Part shown: positions 38,822-48,303 of the stretch, piece by piece
Layout: each line of letters starts with the position of its first letter
Position numbering within the stretch: position 1 is the first letter of the stretch
Origin: a virus
IMG/VR virus record: IMGVR_UViG_3300049178_000049
Strand: one strand, 5' to 3'
DNA length: 64,000 bases
The notes under the pieces: generated by a model
What the model was told of the DNA's origin: nothing
What the model saw: only the letters and a program-made list of their open reading frames with translations
The model's database searches: none
Translations under genes and position numbers: made by a program

Positions 38822-39169
38822 ATGGGCGCTATCCTGGATCTCTGGAAAAGCGAGCGCGGCATCGTCGCGGTCGCCCTCATCGCTGCAGCCACCACGCTCT
38901 GCGGCCTGGGAGTCATCGCGGTTGACCAGTGGCTCGACTACACGAAGTGGATCTTCGTGACCTACGCTGCTGCCAAGACCGTGACCGGCGCTGTGGGGAT
39001 TGCCGCAGCACAACCGAGGACCGCACCGGCGGCATGGCAGCAGATCGAGCCGTTGATCACGAGCATCGTGGCCAAGATGGCGGCCGAACGGGTTCCGGCC
39101 AAACCGGAGCCTACCCCGCCTACGCCACCAGTCGCCATCGTCCCACCGCCCCCGCCGAAGGTCGGGTGA
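38822..39169 (+). CDS. Small membrane protein (holin-like)
   Basis: Two hydrophobic helices. Confidence 0.5.
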   Translation: MGAILDLWKSERGIVAVALIAAATTLCGLGVIAVDQWLDYTKWIFVTYAAAKTVTGAVGIAAAQPRTAPAAWQQIEPLITSIVAKMAAERVPAKPEPTPPTPPVAIVPPPPPKVG

Positions 39170-39410
39170 TCGCGATGCCTAACGACGTAGTGCGACACCG
39201 GCCCATTTCGCCTCCGGACCTTACATCGATCTGTCCGAACTGCAGTCCGCTTGAGCCGGAGGTAGTGCCGCCGCTCGACTTCGACGGCGTGTTCGGTCCC
39301 AAGCCACCGATCCCGCATGACTACAACCGCCGCGCGGGCGCGGACGGCGTCCGTCAACGCGCCCGATCCAACGTCGTCGTTCTGGGCGATCCGCCCGTGA
39401 AAGGCCAACC

Positions 39411-39809
39411 ATGACCCGGCTCGTCTCCGTCTGCCTTCTCAGTATTGTCAGCACGATTCTGTTCGGCATCACCATGATGCCCGCGTGCACCATGAGCCAA
39501 CGCCAGGACACCATCCACGCCAGCGTCGTCGCCGTGGATGGTGCGCGCCGTGCCTTTGTCCCCTGGGACAAGGCGCACCAGCAAGGCATCGTCGACGCCG
39601 ACAAAGCGGCCGGCAAGTCGCGGGAACAGGTACAGGCGGACATCGCCGACTACCGCGCGACTCAGGAGAAGATCAAGGAAGGGTTCACGGTGGCATACCG
39701 AGCCCTCACCCTGGCCGCCCTGCAGAACGACGATCCGAGCCTCACGACCGCGATCACGCAGGGCGCAGCTGTGGTTCACGATGTCCAGATCCTCATGGGG
39801 AGCAAGTGA
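39411..39809 (+). CDS. Putative lipoprotein, helical
   Basis: Signal-like N-terminus ending MPAC. Confidence 0.55.
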   Translation: MTRLVSVCLLSIVSTILFGITMMPACTMSQRQDTIHASVVAVDGARRAFVPWDKAHQQGIVDADKAAGKSREQVQADIADYRATQEKIKEGFTVAYRALTLAALQNDDPSLTTAITQGAAVVHDVQILMGSK

Positions 39810-39811
39810 AC

Positions 39812-40108
39812 ATGTCCACCGAGACCGACAAGGCTGTCCAGGTCCTGGCCATCGCCTCCGCCGCCATGAAGGGGATCGAGATCGTGGCCGATGCAGGTCG
39901 AGGCATCCTGGCGAACGCGCAAACGACCAGCGCGATCACGGCCGTGCTGCAAGGCCTCGTGGGCTTGTCCGATGCCATCCAGCGTGGCCTACAGGGGACG
40001 GATACCCCGGAGAGCATCACCGCTTCCATCGCCGAGCTCGAGGCGTCCCTGGCTGGCAACAACGCCGCCATCGATGCGGACATCGACAGCAAGTTCCCGA
40101 CCGGCTGA
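39812..40108 (+). CDS. Amphipathic helical hypothetical protein
   Basis: Coupled; Ala-rich helices. Confidence 0.6.
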   Translation: MSTETDKAVQVLAIASAAMKGIEIVADAGRGILANAQTTSAITAVLQGLVGLSDAIQRGLQGTDTPESITASIAELEASLAGNNAAIDADIDSKFPTG

Positions 40109-40113
40109 TCGAC

Positions 40114-40695
40114 ATGCCGCGCGCCAAGGTGCCGCGCTGCACCTACAAGGAGGGCAGTCGCCGGTGCCCGATGGATGGATCCGGCGAGCCGCCGCTGTGC
40201 GCCCCTCACCGCGTGGCGCTCGCTGAGGCGAGCCGCCCCAAGCCGCCGGCGCGCGTGCTTCTGGACTCGCTGAGCGACTGGCTGCAGGGCAACCCCATCA
40301 ACCGGGATGCCACCCTGGGCGCCGCGGAGGCCTTCCTGAACCAGTGGGTCGCTGGCATCGGCGGCGACTACCGGCCGGACATCGCCGGGGTCTCGGAGGA
40401 TGCGGCGCATCGGCGGGCCCAGGCGGGCGCTGGTCGTCCGTGGAACTGGAACATCCCGCATGCTGGACAGCGGCAACAACCACCCCCGCACGATCCGGAT
40501 GCCGAACTCCGCAAGGCGCGGGCGGCGGCACGGCAGGTGCTGGGGTTCGGGCCTACCGAAGTGCTGGATGTCGATGCGATCAAGGCTCGCCACCGCCAAC
40601 TCGTCAAGAAGCACCACCCTGACCATGGTGGATCGACCAAGAAGATGGCGACGATCAACCTCGCGCGCGATGTATTGATGGTCGAGTTTGGCTAG
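40114..40695 (+). CDS. Second J-domain protein with N-terminal Cys/His cluster
   Basis: VLG...IKARHRQLVKKHHPDHGG...IN.A. Confidence 0.85.
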   Translation: MPRAKVPRCTYKEGSRRCPMDGSGEPPLCAPHRVALAEASRPKPPARVLLDSLSDWLQGNPINRDATLGAAEAFLNQWVAGIGGDYRPDIAGVSEDAAHRRAQAGAGRPWNWNIPHAGQRQQPPPHDPDAELRKARAAARQVLGFGPTEVLDVDAIKARHRQLVKKHHPDHGGSTKKMATINLARDVLMVEFG

Positions 40696-40930
40696 CAGCA
40701 GTTGAATTTGGAGGTCTGACAGGAGCTCGCCGTGCTTCCATTGGTCTGTGGTGGTGCTTGAACATCGCCGCCGCCGCTTATGATGCGGAGGTGTTCCAGA
40801 TTGAGCACGAGCGGACGATGGAGGGCGGTCGAGGACTTGATGGTTCGCTTCATGGGTGGCTGAATATCGCGGGTCGCCCGCCAGCGTCAACCCTTGCCAG
40901 CGTGAGAGTTGTCGCGTTACGCTCCATTGC

Positions 40931-41665
40931 GTGGTTGCCGATCCGAACTTCGACACTGATGTAGCGCGCGCCAAGGTGGTCTATGACCAACTCGGGGTAT
41001 GGATCGACAGGTACCACGGCGGGTTGCCGTCGGGGTGGGTCGCCTCGATCATCCTGCACGAGAGCGGCGGCAACTTCGGGGCACCCGGCGATCCCACGCT
41101 CGGCGAAGTTGGGTACATGCAGGTGGCGGCCTATGTTCCGCCCCTCTTCGGCTACGATGTGAGCGCCACCTCGGATCCAGAGAGCAACATCGCCATCGGC
41201 GTGTTGGAGTACGAGTACGAGGCGGTCCTCTGGCTGCTTTCCTTCCCCGAGGCAACGCTCGGGACTGACGACTCCTGGAAGCTCGCACGCCTAGCGTTCG
41301 CTGTCGGACGCGCAGGATCCCACCAACTCGCTCAGCTCGCGCAGGTGGCCCTGGGCGGACTCACGCCGGGGGACGTCTATCACGACATCGCTCGGTGGAC
41401 GGCGTCAACCGGCGCCGTTCCGTTGGGAAGTCAGGGCGCCGCGAAGGTCGCCGCACGCGTGCTCGACATCGACCGGCAGTGGGCGATCGGCCAGGCAGTC
41501 TCATCTGGCCTGAGTGGGCCGCCGATGATCATTCCCGACCCGCCGGCGGGGCCATACACCATCCCGCCGGACGCCGCCCCCTATTTCACCGAGCCGATTT
41601 CTGGTACGCTCATGACCATCATCGGAGGTGCTCTCGTTCTGGGGTACCTGCTCCTCACGAGGTAA
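40931..41665 (+). CDS. Lytic transglycosylase (SLT-like) with C-terminal membrane anchor
   Basis: IILHESGG (catalytic Glu), GYMQV, NI..G; C-terminal TM; probable GTG start. Confidence 0.8.
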   Translation: MVADPNFDTDVARAKVVYDQLGVWIDRYHGGLPSGWVASIILHESGGNFGAPGDPTLGEVGYMQVAAYVPPLFGYDVSATSDPESNIAIGVLEYEYEAVLWLLSFPEATLGTDDSWKLARLAFAVGRAGSHQLAQLAQVALGGLTPGDVYHDIARWTASTGAVPLGSQGAAKVAARVLDIDRQWAIGQAVSSGLSGPPMIIPDPPAGPYTIPPDAAPYFTEPISGTLMTIIGGALVLGYLLLTR

Positions 41666-41667
41666 AC

Positions 41668-42138
41668 GTGCCAGTACCCCCATCCCGCGCAGGCAAGATC
41701 GCGCCAGTCTCGCTGGACCCGAGCGTCGCCCAGGTCCGGGCGCCAGCCGCAACGACGGGCGACGCCGAGAATCGCAACGAGATCTCCACCTACTTGACCA
41801 AGGCGGGTGGGACTCAGATCCTGTACAACGCCGATCGGATGTGGGCGAAGGTCACCCTGACACTCAAGACGGCAGGCCCCGTGGCGGTCGGGCAGCACGC
41901 CAGCCTGACGCCGGTGCTCTCGGGACGCGGGCAGTTACTGCAGACCGGCGTGCCAACGCCCTTCAACGTGGCGAAGGGGCACCGCCTTTACATCGCAGCG
42001 ACCAGCGTGAATCCGGTCTCCGTGCTGGTCGAGGCATACCCGTGGCTCGAGACCCTCACCGGGCTAGCAGGCGCGACCTCGGGCGTCGTCCCGGCGGGTC
42101 CAGCTGCCATGCTTTCCACTGGAAAGGCTGGTCGGTGA
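41668..42138 (+). CDS. Beta-rich putative structural protein
   Basis: Alternating beta pattern; follows the SLT gene. Confidence 0.55.
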   Translation: MPVPPSRAGKIAPVSLDPSVAQVRAPAATTGDAENRNEISTYLTKAGGTQILYNADRMWAKVTLTLKTAGPVAVGQHASLTPVLSGRGQLLQTGVPTPFNVAKGHRLYIAATSVNPVSVLVEAYPWLETLTGLAGATSGVVPAGPAAMLSTGKAGR

Positions 42139-42139
42139 G

Positions 42140-42925
42140 ATGTCATTCCCTCAGCCGCAAGCGACGCCGTACGCCGTCAACAACTACGGGTTCTTCCGTC
42201 TGAACACGCCGCTCTCCTGTCCGGGGGATATGTACGAGTCTGACCAGGGCGGTCATGCCTTCTGCGTCGGCCCCAATAGCGACATCGCAAACGTCAACAT
42301 GGCGTACTTCGACGATCAGGTGCCCACGTTCATGCAATTCATTACGATCTCGCCCACCCGATCGTTCACAGGGCAGATCAACGCACGTAACGAGGCTACG
42401 TATTCCCCTGCGGGACGGCCAGGGAGAATCCTGTTCTGGTCGGATGACATCTACGATCCGAACTTCAAGCCGCGGGCGTTTTCAACTGGGGACGCGATCC
42501 AGTTCGTGCCGCCGCTGCTCGATGTGGTTCAATATTTCACGCCGCTCGCCTCTGTGATTCCGCCGCGGATCAACAAAGAATTCGTGTTCCAGAATTACGT
42601 GGTCCCAGGTGGCCATGTGCTTTACATCGTCATGCCGTACTACGGGAGGCGTTACGCATTCGTGAACTTCACGAACCGTAACAACGTATCGCCGAATACG
42701 TTCGGTATCAGCGGTGTCAACTACGCCATAACCGACGACAGCAGTAGTAATCCATTCCATCAGGAGACTACGCTTCTGGCCCCAGCAGCGGTCGCGCCGG
42801 GCGCATCGGTCCAGCACATCATCCGAGCGACCTCGGACGGAATGTTCGATGCCATGGTCTTCTCTCTCACCAACGGCGGTCCAGCCCCCCTGCGTGTCGA
42901 TGTCGCCGATCAGGATGGGCCATGA
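42140..42925 (+). CDS. Beta-rich putative structural (vertex/penton-like) protein
   Basis: Aromatic/Asn-rich beta-sandwich composition. Confidence 0.55.
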   Translation: MSFPQPQATPYAVNNYGFFRLNTPLSCPGDMYESDQGGHAFCVGPNSDIANVNMAYFDDQVPTFMQFITISPTRSFTGQINARNEATYSPAGRPGRILFWSDDIYDPNFKPRAFSTGDAIQFVPPLLDVVQYFTPLASVIPPRINKEFVFQNYVVPGGHVLYIVMPYYGRRYAFVNFTNRNNVSPNTFGISGVNYAITDDSSSNPFHQETTLLAPAAVAPGASVQHIIRATSDGMFDAMVFSLTNGGPAPLRVDVADQDGP

Positions 42926-43278
42926 CATTCGCTGCCACCCTTGCCGCAGCAGCGGGACAATCGTACGACGATCTGGCGCTGCGATCGATCGCTAATCAAG
43001 TTAAGAGCAGACTAACCGTCTTCTGCTCGCAGAACCTGTCGCTGTTTCCGGAATCGCAACCCACGGCACACCCGGTCAGTAACTGGCTCACGATCCTCTC
43101 TGCGATCGCCGACCAACTGCCAGGAGCCAATATCACGCTCACCCAACTGACGCAGGCTGCCAAGTCACTCTATGGCCTGTGCTGGATGGCAAGCTTTCTT
43201 CAGGGGAGCGGTGGAATCACCGTCTCTCAAGGGAACACGTTGCTGGCAAGCTACAACGCCAACATCGCATTTCCGTGA
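42922..43278 (+). CDS. Hypothetical helical protein
   Basis: ATGA overlap. Confidence 0.6.
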   Translation: MTFAATLAAAAGQSYDDLALRSIANQVKSRLTVFCSQNLSLFPESQPTAHPVSNWLTILSAIADQLPGANITLTQLTQAAKSLYGLCWMASFLQGSGGITVSQGNTLLASYNANIAFP

Positions 43279-43285
43279 AAATGTC

Positions 43286-43870
43286 TCAGCGTCGCACTAG
43301 GCGCTTGATGATCTCCTGGAAGTGGGGATTGAATAGCGCGTTCGCACTCCGCCGACGGCGGATCCTGCCGATGATCTCCGCAGCGGACATCCTGGTCGCG
43401 CGCGCCATCGCCAATGCTGCCACGAGCGCCGATCGGTTGAGGCCCATCGCGCAGGTCACGAGCACACGGTGGCTCGCAAGAAGTGCATCGCCGACGTCCT
43501 TGGCCGTGAGTACGGTGTGCCTGAGTTCCTGATGATCAAGTACGTCATCCGGGAGCGGGCAACGGAGCACGCGCCCATGGAAGGCGATCTCGCGCGGCTG
43601 AAGTTCCTGTGCGCATAGCACCAGAAGATCAAACTCTGGCAGTTCGCGATCGAACGGCGGCTTGCCGCCCACCCACAGGCGGGTAGCCACGTTGGAGGCA
43701 TCGAGTCGCTCCTGATGCGCGGCCATTTTGCGTCTCCGATGTTCAGCTGATAGCCACCCGCCGCGCTGCGCTGCCGGTGAGCCCTCGTGGGTCCTGCAGA
43801 AGAGACTCCCGGGCTGTCGTGGTTCCGGGCATCGCCGGCCGTCGCCCCCAGGCGCGATGCAACCGCTCAT
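43286..43870 (-). CDS. Dual-specificity protein phosphatase
   Basis: LVTCAMGLNRS (CX5R) with upstream PDD acid loop. Confidence 0.85.
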   Translation of the reverse strand: MSGCIAPGGDGRRCPEPRQPGSLFCRTHEGSPAAQRGGWLSAEHRRRKMAAHQERLDASNVATRLWVGGKPPFDRELPEFDLLVLCAQELQPREIAFHGRVLRCPLPDDVLDHQELRHTVLTAKDVGDALLASHRVLVTCAMGLNRSALVAALAMARATRMSAAEIIGRIRRRRSANALFNPHFQEIIKRLVRR

Positions 43871-44241
43871 TCGGCCGGACGTCGCCGACGGCAAGAGTTG
43901 GACTCGATGCCGCCTTCTGGATATGGCAACCTCCCGGCGAGTCGCTCGACCTTGAGTTTCTCGATGTGCACCAGCGCGAGTTGCAAGATCGCCGCATAGG
44001 ACACCGTAAGACTCTCCGGGACAAACGAAGTCTTGAGGACATGCGTCTCTCCGGTCTCGTGGTTGTAGCGCTCGAATTCACGGTGAATCGCGAATGTGAT
44101 ACGGCCATCCCACCGGCACTGCGAGAACACGGCGACCAAGTGATCCGAGTTGCGCAGAGGCGGGTCCAGATCCACCCACTTTTCCCGGGTGGGTGCATTT
44201 GGTTCCTCGTTGATGGCAGCAGATCTCGATGAGGGTGGCAT
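43867..44241 (-). CDS. Hypothetical protein, possibly PC4-like ssDNA-binding fold
   Basis: Short beta-rich domain; weak resemblance. Confidence 0.4.
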   Translation of the reverse strand: MPPSSRSAAINEEPNAPTREKWVDLDPPLRNSDHLVAVFSQCRWDGRITFAIHREFERYNHETGETHVLKTSFVPESLTVSYAAILQLALVHIEKLKVERLAGRLPYPEGGIESNSCRRRRPAE

Positions 44242-44488
44242 CGATGAAAGGGTACCCAATCCGGATGAACCGATCCACCCCAGGGTTGGGGTGCAATGGT
44301 ATGCTACACTCTACAGGTAGCGTCCTTGACGGACCCGCCGTGCGCTGGTACCACTACGAGGGTCGGCCAGCCGCAAGGCTATGCACAACATCTCATCGAC
44401 GGATACTCAACTCGGTATCGTACCCGAGTCCTCGTGAACCGTCAGATGACGAGGCCTGCTCCCTTGATCGGGTCGCGACTGGTCGACT

Positions 44489-45337
44489 TCAATCCAGAAG
44501 CCCGGACACCAGCCCGGCGCCGATCGCATCGAGTTCGTCCTGCGACACGGCGTCCACGTAGCGCGCGGCCGTGTTCATGGACTCCCACCCCATGAACTTC
44601 TGGAGCTTGATGATTGCGTTGGGATCCCCGCGTAGCTGCTCGAGGTAGCGGGTGGCGAAGGTGTGGCGGAAGCGGTGGGGGTTCATGTCGGTGATGCCAA
44701 CCTCGGAGGCCGCGCGGCGCGCGGCGCGCCAGACCTTCACGCTCGCCACCTTGGGGTCCTGGGAGCGCGCGATGAGATCCCTGACGCGGTCCCAGCCCTT
44801 GATCTGGACCAAGGCTTCAAGATGGGCGCGGAGGGGTTCCGCTGCGAACTCGAGCCGCTTTCTACCCTTGGCCTCGTAGACCAACTTGCCGGTGTCAAGC
44901 GCTCGCAGGATCTCGGTCCGGCGCAGCCGAAGGACGTCGCCCGAGCGGAAGCCGCGGATCGCCATGATCAGCAGTACCTGCCTCATGGCCTCCGAGGGCA
45001 TCCTGCAGGTCTGCAAATGCTTGATCAGCCGCCGCAGCGCCACCATGGCGAGCGGTTGTTTGGTATGGACGCGGCGAGCCGGTGGCAGGCGAATATCCCC
45101 GAGCCGCTTGCCGAACTCGGGGTCCTCGATGTACAGCGCCCAGGCCCTGAGCGCGGCCAGGTTCGAGCGGAGGGTGTTGGGGGCCAGATTGCCGCCGACG
45201 AGCCGATGCGTCAGTCCCTTGCGGTCGGCCGCGCAACTGCGAAGGTTCGTGACGTAGGCGTCTGCAGTGCTCTCCGTACGCCCGCGCTCCAGGAGCCATG
45301 CCTTAAACCTGCCCAGGTTTTGATCGGTGATGTCCAT
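44489..45337 (-). CDS. Tyrosine recombinase/integrase
   Basis: GFRSGD (R), HRFRHTFAT (HxxR), MGW...TAARY (W and Y). Confidence 0.92.
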   Translation of the reverse strand: MDITDQNLGRFKAWLLERGRTESTADAYVTNLRSCAADRKGLTHRLVGGNLAPNTLRSNLAALRAWALYIEDPEFGKRLGDIRLPPARRVHTKQPLAMVALRRLIKHLQTCRMPSEAMRQVLLIMAIRGFRSGDVLRLRRTEILRALDTGKLVYEAKGRKRLEFAAEPLRAHLEALVQIKGWDRVRDLIARSQDPKVASVKVWRAARRAASEVGITDMNPHRFRHTFATRYLEQLRGDPNAIIKLQKFMGWESMNTAARYVDAVSQDELDAIGAGLVSGLLD

Positions 45338-45359
45338 CGTGCTGCGGTAGGATACCACC

Positions 45360-46121
45360 ATGCGTGGTGCTCATCGCTTGGTCCCTAACCCGCCTTGGGC
45401 CACCAAGATCATTGCCGACACGTACGATTCGCTCAGGGGTATGGGCGTGCCCGCCCGGTGGTTACCTCAACTCCAGGATGTTGTGCCCATCGGCGGCGAG
45501 GCCGTCGAGGCGAGTGTCCGAGAGTACGGGTGTGGGCAGTACGGGTGCGTGTATCCGACGCTCGATGACCATGTCGTCCTGAAACTGACCGCCGACGATA
45601 CCGAGGCGGAGTTCGCCGCAGAACTGGCGGGTACACTCGAGCGACCGATCTGCGTTCGCTACTTCATGGTGATCCGGCCGGAGGGCGCCTTGGACCAGAA
45701 GAGAAGTCCAGTGTACTTGCTCTGGCGCGAAAGCGCTGATTATGTCGGCAAGATCGATGTCTTCATGGACGAGCGGACTGACAGTTCACGACAGGGCGAC
45801 CGCGCGATGTTGCTCATCAACGAGCAATGGGATGCTGCGCAGCACGCCTATAAGGCACTCCACGGGCTCGTTGAAGGTGGCCGACCACACGATGTCATGC
45901 GCCACGCAATCGCTGCGTGGCTCGAAACATGTGAGGCGATGGCGCGGCAGACCCAGGTGCCCGAGTTACGCGAGCTCGGCGATGGTCTCGTCGAAGTCTA
46001 CCGCGCTCAGAACATCTTCTTCGGGGACATCCACGCCGGCAACCTAGGACTCGTCCATCGCACCGATGGTGACCACTGGGTGGTCACGGACCCGGGCCAT
46101 ATCGCGGTCGTAGATCTCTAG
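45360..46121 (+). CDS. Ser/Thr kinase-like (ePK/APH fold) protein
   Basis: GCGQYGCVY, VLKLT, GDIHAGN, TDPG. Confidence 0.8.
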   Translation: MRGAHRLVPNPPWATKIIADTYDSLRGMGVPARWLPQLQDVVPIGGEAVEASVREYGCGQYGCVYPTLDDHVVLKLTADDTEAEFAAELAGTLERPICVRYFMVIRPEGALDQKRSPVYLLWRESADYVGKIDVFMDERTDSSRQGDRAMLLINEQWDAAQHAYKALHGLVEGGRPHDVMRHAIAAWLETCEAMARQTQVPELRELGDGLVEVYRAQNIFFGDIHAGNLGLVHRTDGDHWVVTDPGHIAVVDL

Positions 46122-46394
46122 GGGTCTCGCCGCTGACATACGCTACGGGTGGTGCTGGCCGTCTGTCCAGCGTGCCGCAAAACGCGCCTGCTGTGACGAG
46201 GGCGCACGATCCTCATCGCGAGTGGCGTATCGTGGTCGCCATGTGGCGGCTACATGTTCTCGCCGAGTTCCTCTACTGGTATGGGCTCTTGGAGATCGGG
46301 CTGGAGATGATCCATGGGACGTACGATCCAGACGAGGATCGTCGTGAGGTTTCGGATTTTCCGACCCCCTTCGATGGCTCAGCAGGGCAAGTCG

Positions 46395-46823
46395 ATGGGT
46401 GACGACACCCCACCGAAGGGTCCAACGATCTCCGTGCTGCCGGGGAAGATTCTGGATCTTCGACCCTTACTTAAACGCAAGATAGAAGACTCTTGTCAGC
46501 ATCACTACGCGACCGTCTCGATGACGGCGGCGGAACTCTCCTGCGACAATTGCGGCGCTGATCTAGATCCCTGGACGTTCATACGAAATCTTTGTGAGCA
46601 CGATGAGTTGATGACCTCCTGGCGCCAGGAGCAGGAGTCAGCGGTCGACGCCAAAATCGAGGAAGGCAACAAGATCATCGCGCGGATGAACGACACGATC
46701 ACTCGTCTGAATGCGGAGATCTCCCACCTCACAGACGTGAAGAACAAGTTGTGGAACGAGCACACGCCGGATGGCCGTCTGTTGGTCGACGCAGCGCGAC
46801 GACATCGACCGAGGAAGAAATGA
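46395..46823 (+). CDS. Zn-finger plus coiled-coil protein
   Basis: CQH...CDNC; heptad C-terminus. Confidence 0.6.
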   Translation: MGDDTPPKGPTISVLPGKILDLRPLLKRKIEDSCQHHYATVSMTAAELSCDNCGADLDPWTFIRNLCEHDELMTSWRQEQESAVDAKIEEGNKIIARMNDTITRLNAEISHLTDVKNKLWNEHTPDGRLLVDAARRHRPRKK

Positions 46824-47914
46824 CCGCCTTCACGCGCCTCGGCTCCTCCCTCTGGGACTGGGAGCCATGGGCGGATCTCGCCCCGTTACCGCGCGTCCTG
46901 TGGCTGGCGTTGTACACCTCCGCCGAGGCCAAGCGCCATGTTCCGGGGCTGTGGCACGGTGGCATCCCATCCATGGCAGATGCCGCCCGCCTGCCCCCAG
47001 ATGACGTCATCGACGCGCTGGACAAACTCCTGGCTCGAGAGCTCGTCGAGTACGACGCCAAATTCCGGGTCCTGCGCCTCTGCGAGCTGCCAGATGCCGG
47101 CGAGTACCCGTCCAACGGCAAGGTGATCTTGGGGTGGTGGACGAAGTTCAAGACGGTGCCGGCGTGCCCGGTCCGGGACAGTCACGTCAGGCTTCTGGCG
47201 TGGATCTGTGACGAGGGGTCACGCGCGACCGGCAAGGCCATGAGCCCCCATCATCAATTAGCATGGCAGGAAACGTTCGCCACGATCGTGGTGCCGCAAC
47301 CACGCCGCCGCGGCGTACGCCGTCTCGCCGATTCGGACACTGGGACGTCCGTTCAGCCCTCCCTTTTTCCTCCCCCGGTTGCCTCAGGGTCTGGAAACGG
47401 TATCACTCCGCAGCGTGAGTCGGGTTATCCACAGCATCCACAACCCGCTGTGGATAACTCTGCCGCTCTGCATCAACCGAATGAAATCAGCGGTCCGGAA
47501 ACCGTATCCGATACCGTATCGGATACCAACAGGATCCCGGATCCCGGATCCCGGATCCCGGAGGATCTGATCTCTTCCGGAGAGGGGGATCGGGGGGGAG
47601 GGGCACGCCCCGTGCTAACGCTGGTGCCACCGTTCACCGCTGCAGAGGTCATCCGCGAGTTGTCCCAAGGCAGGTGGGACCCAGCGTTCGACAGGAGCCA
47701 CCAGAATGCGCTCAGCGCGATGATCCCGGTATGGGTCGCCGGTCGGGTGACCCTGGCCGACATCGCGCTCCTGCGCGAGTACAGCGCGATTTCGGGCCAG
47801 CGGATGAGCGCTCGCTGGCTGGTGGGGTGTGACATCGTTGCCGAGGTGAGCAAGGCACGAAGGACGCTGGATCTGCGTGACGTGCGAGCCAAGGCCATGG
47901 CAGACTCGCTCTGA
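46820..47914 (+). CDS. Phage replication initiator (lambda O-like, N-terminal wHTH)
   Basis: N-terminal wHTH-like region; low-complexity middle that coincides with origin-like DNA repeats. Confidence 0.7.
   Translation: MTAFTRLGSSLWDWEPWADLAPLPRVLWLALYTSAEAKRHVPGLWHGGIPSMADAARLPPDDVIDALDKLLARELVEYDAKFRVLRLCELPDAGEYPSNGKVILGWWTKFKTVPACPVRDSHVRLLAWICDEGSRATGKAMSPHHQLAWQETFATIVVPQPRRRGVRRLADSDTGTSVQPSLFPPPVASGSGNGITPQRESGYPQHPQPAVDNSAALHQPNEISGPETVSDTVSDTNRIPDPGSRIPEDLISSGEGDRGGGARPVLTLVPPFTAAEVIRELSQGRWDPAFDRSHQNALSAMIPVWVAGRVTLADIALLREYSAISGQRMSARWLVGCDIVAEVSKARRTLDLRDVRAKAMADSL
47424..47562. promoter_or_regulatory. Putative replication origin inside the initiator gene
   Basis: Perfect DnaA boxes TTATCCACA 47425-47433 and TGTGGATAA 47449-47457; 23-bp palindrome 47504-47526; (GGATCCC)x4 47532-47559. 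Confidence 0.75.
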
Positions 47915-47931
47915 ACGAAGGGGTTCACGAG

Positions 47932-48216
47932 ATGGCGAAGTTCCGAAAGAAACCAGTGGTGGTCAGCGCAGAGCAGTTTTTTCCCGACAAGAAGCCTTGG
48001 CCCGCTGGTGTCGAGGAAGAGATGGGTGCACCGTGCCCGTGCACCGATCCGCAATGCGACGCTGGCGGACCAACCGGCCGGCACATCGTGCGTACGCTCG
48101 AGGGCAATCATATCGCGTCTCCCGGCGACTGGATCATCACTGGCGTCAAGGGCGAGCGCCATCCCTGCAAGCCGGACATCTTCGAGGCCACGTACGACGC
48201 GGTGGAGAGCGTTTGA
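47932..48216 (+). CDS. Conserved phage protein (PGDYG-like)
   Basis: KFRKKPVVV...TLEG...SPGDWII.GVKGE..PCKPDIF..TY. Confidence 0.8.
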   Translation: MAKFRKKPVVVSAEQFFPDKKPWPAGVEEEMGAPCPCTDPQCDAGGPTGRHIVRTLEGNHIASPGDWIITGVKGERHPCKPDIFEATYDAVESV

Positions 48217-48303
48217 TGCCCAAGTTCAGGAGCACGCCCGTCGAGATCCGCGACGCCGTCGAGCGGATCATGGTCACTCGGTCGACGCAGCATTGAGCGC
48301 CCA

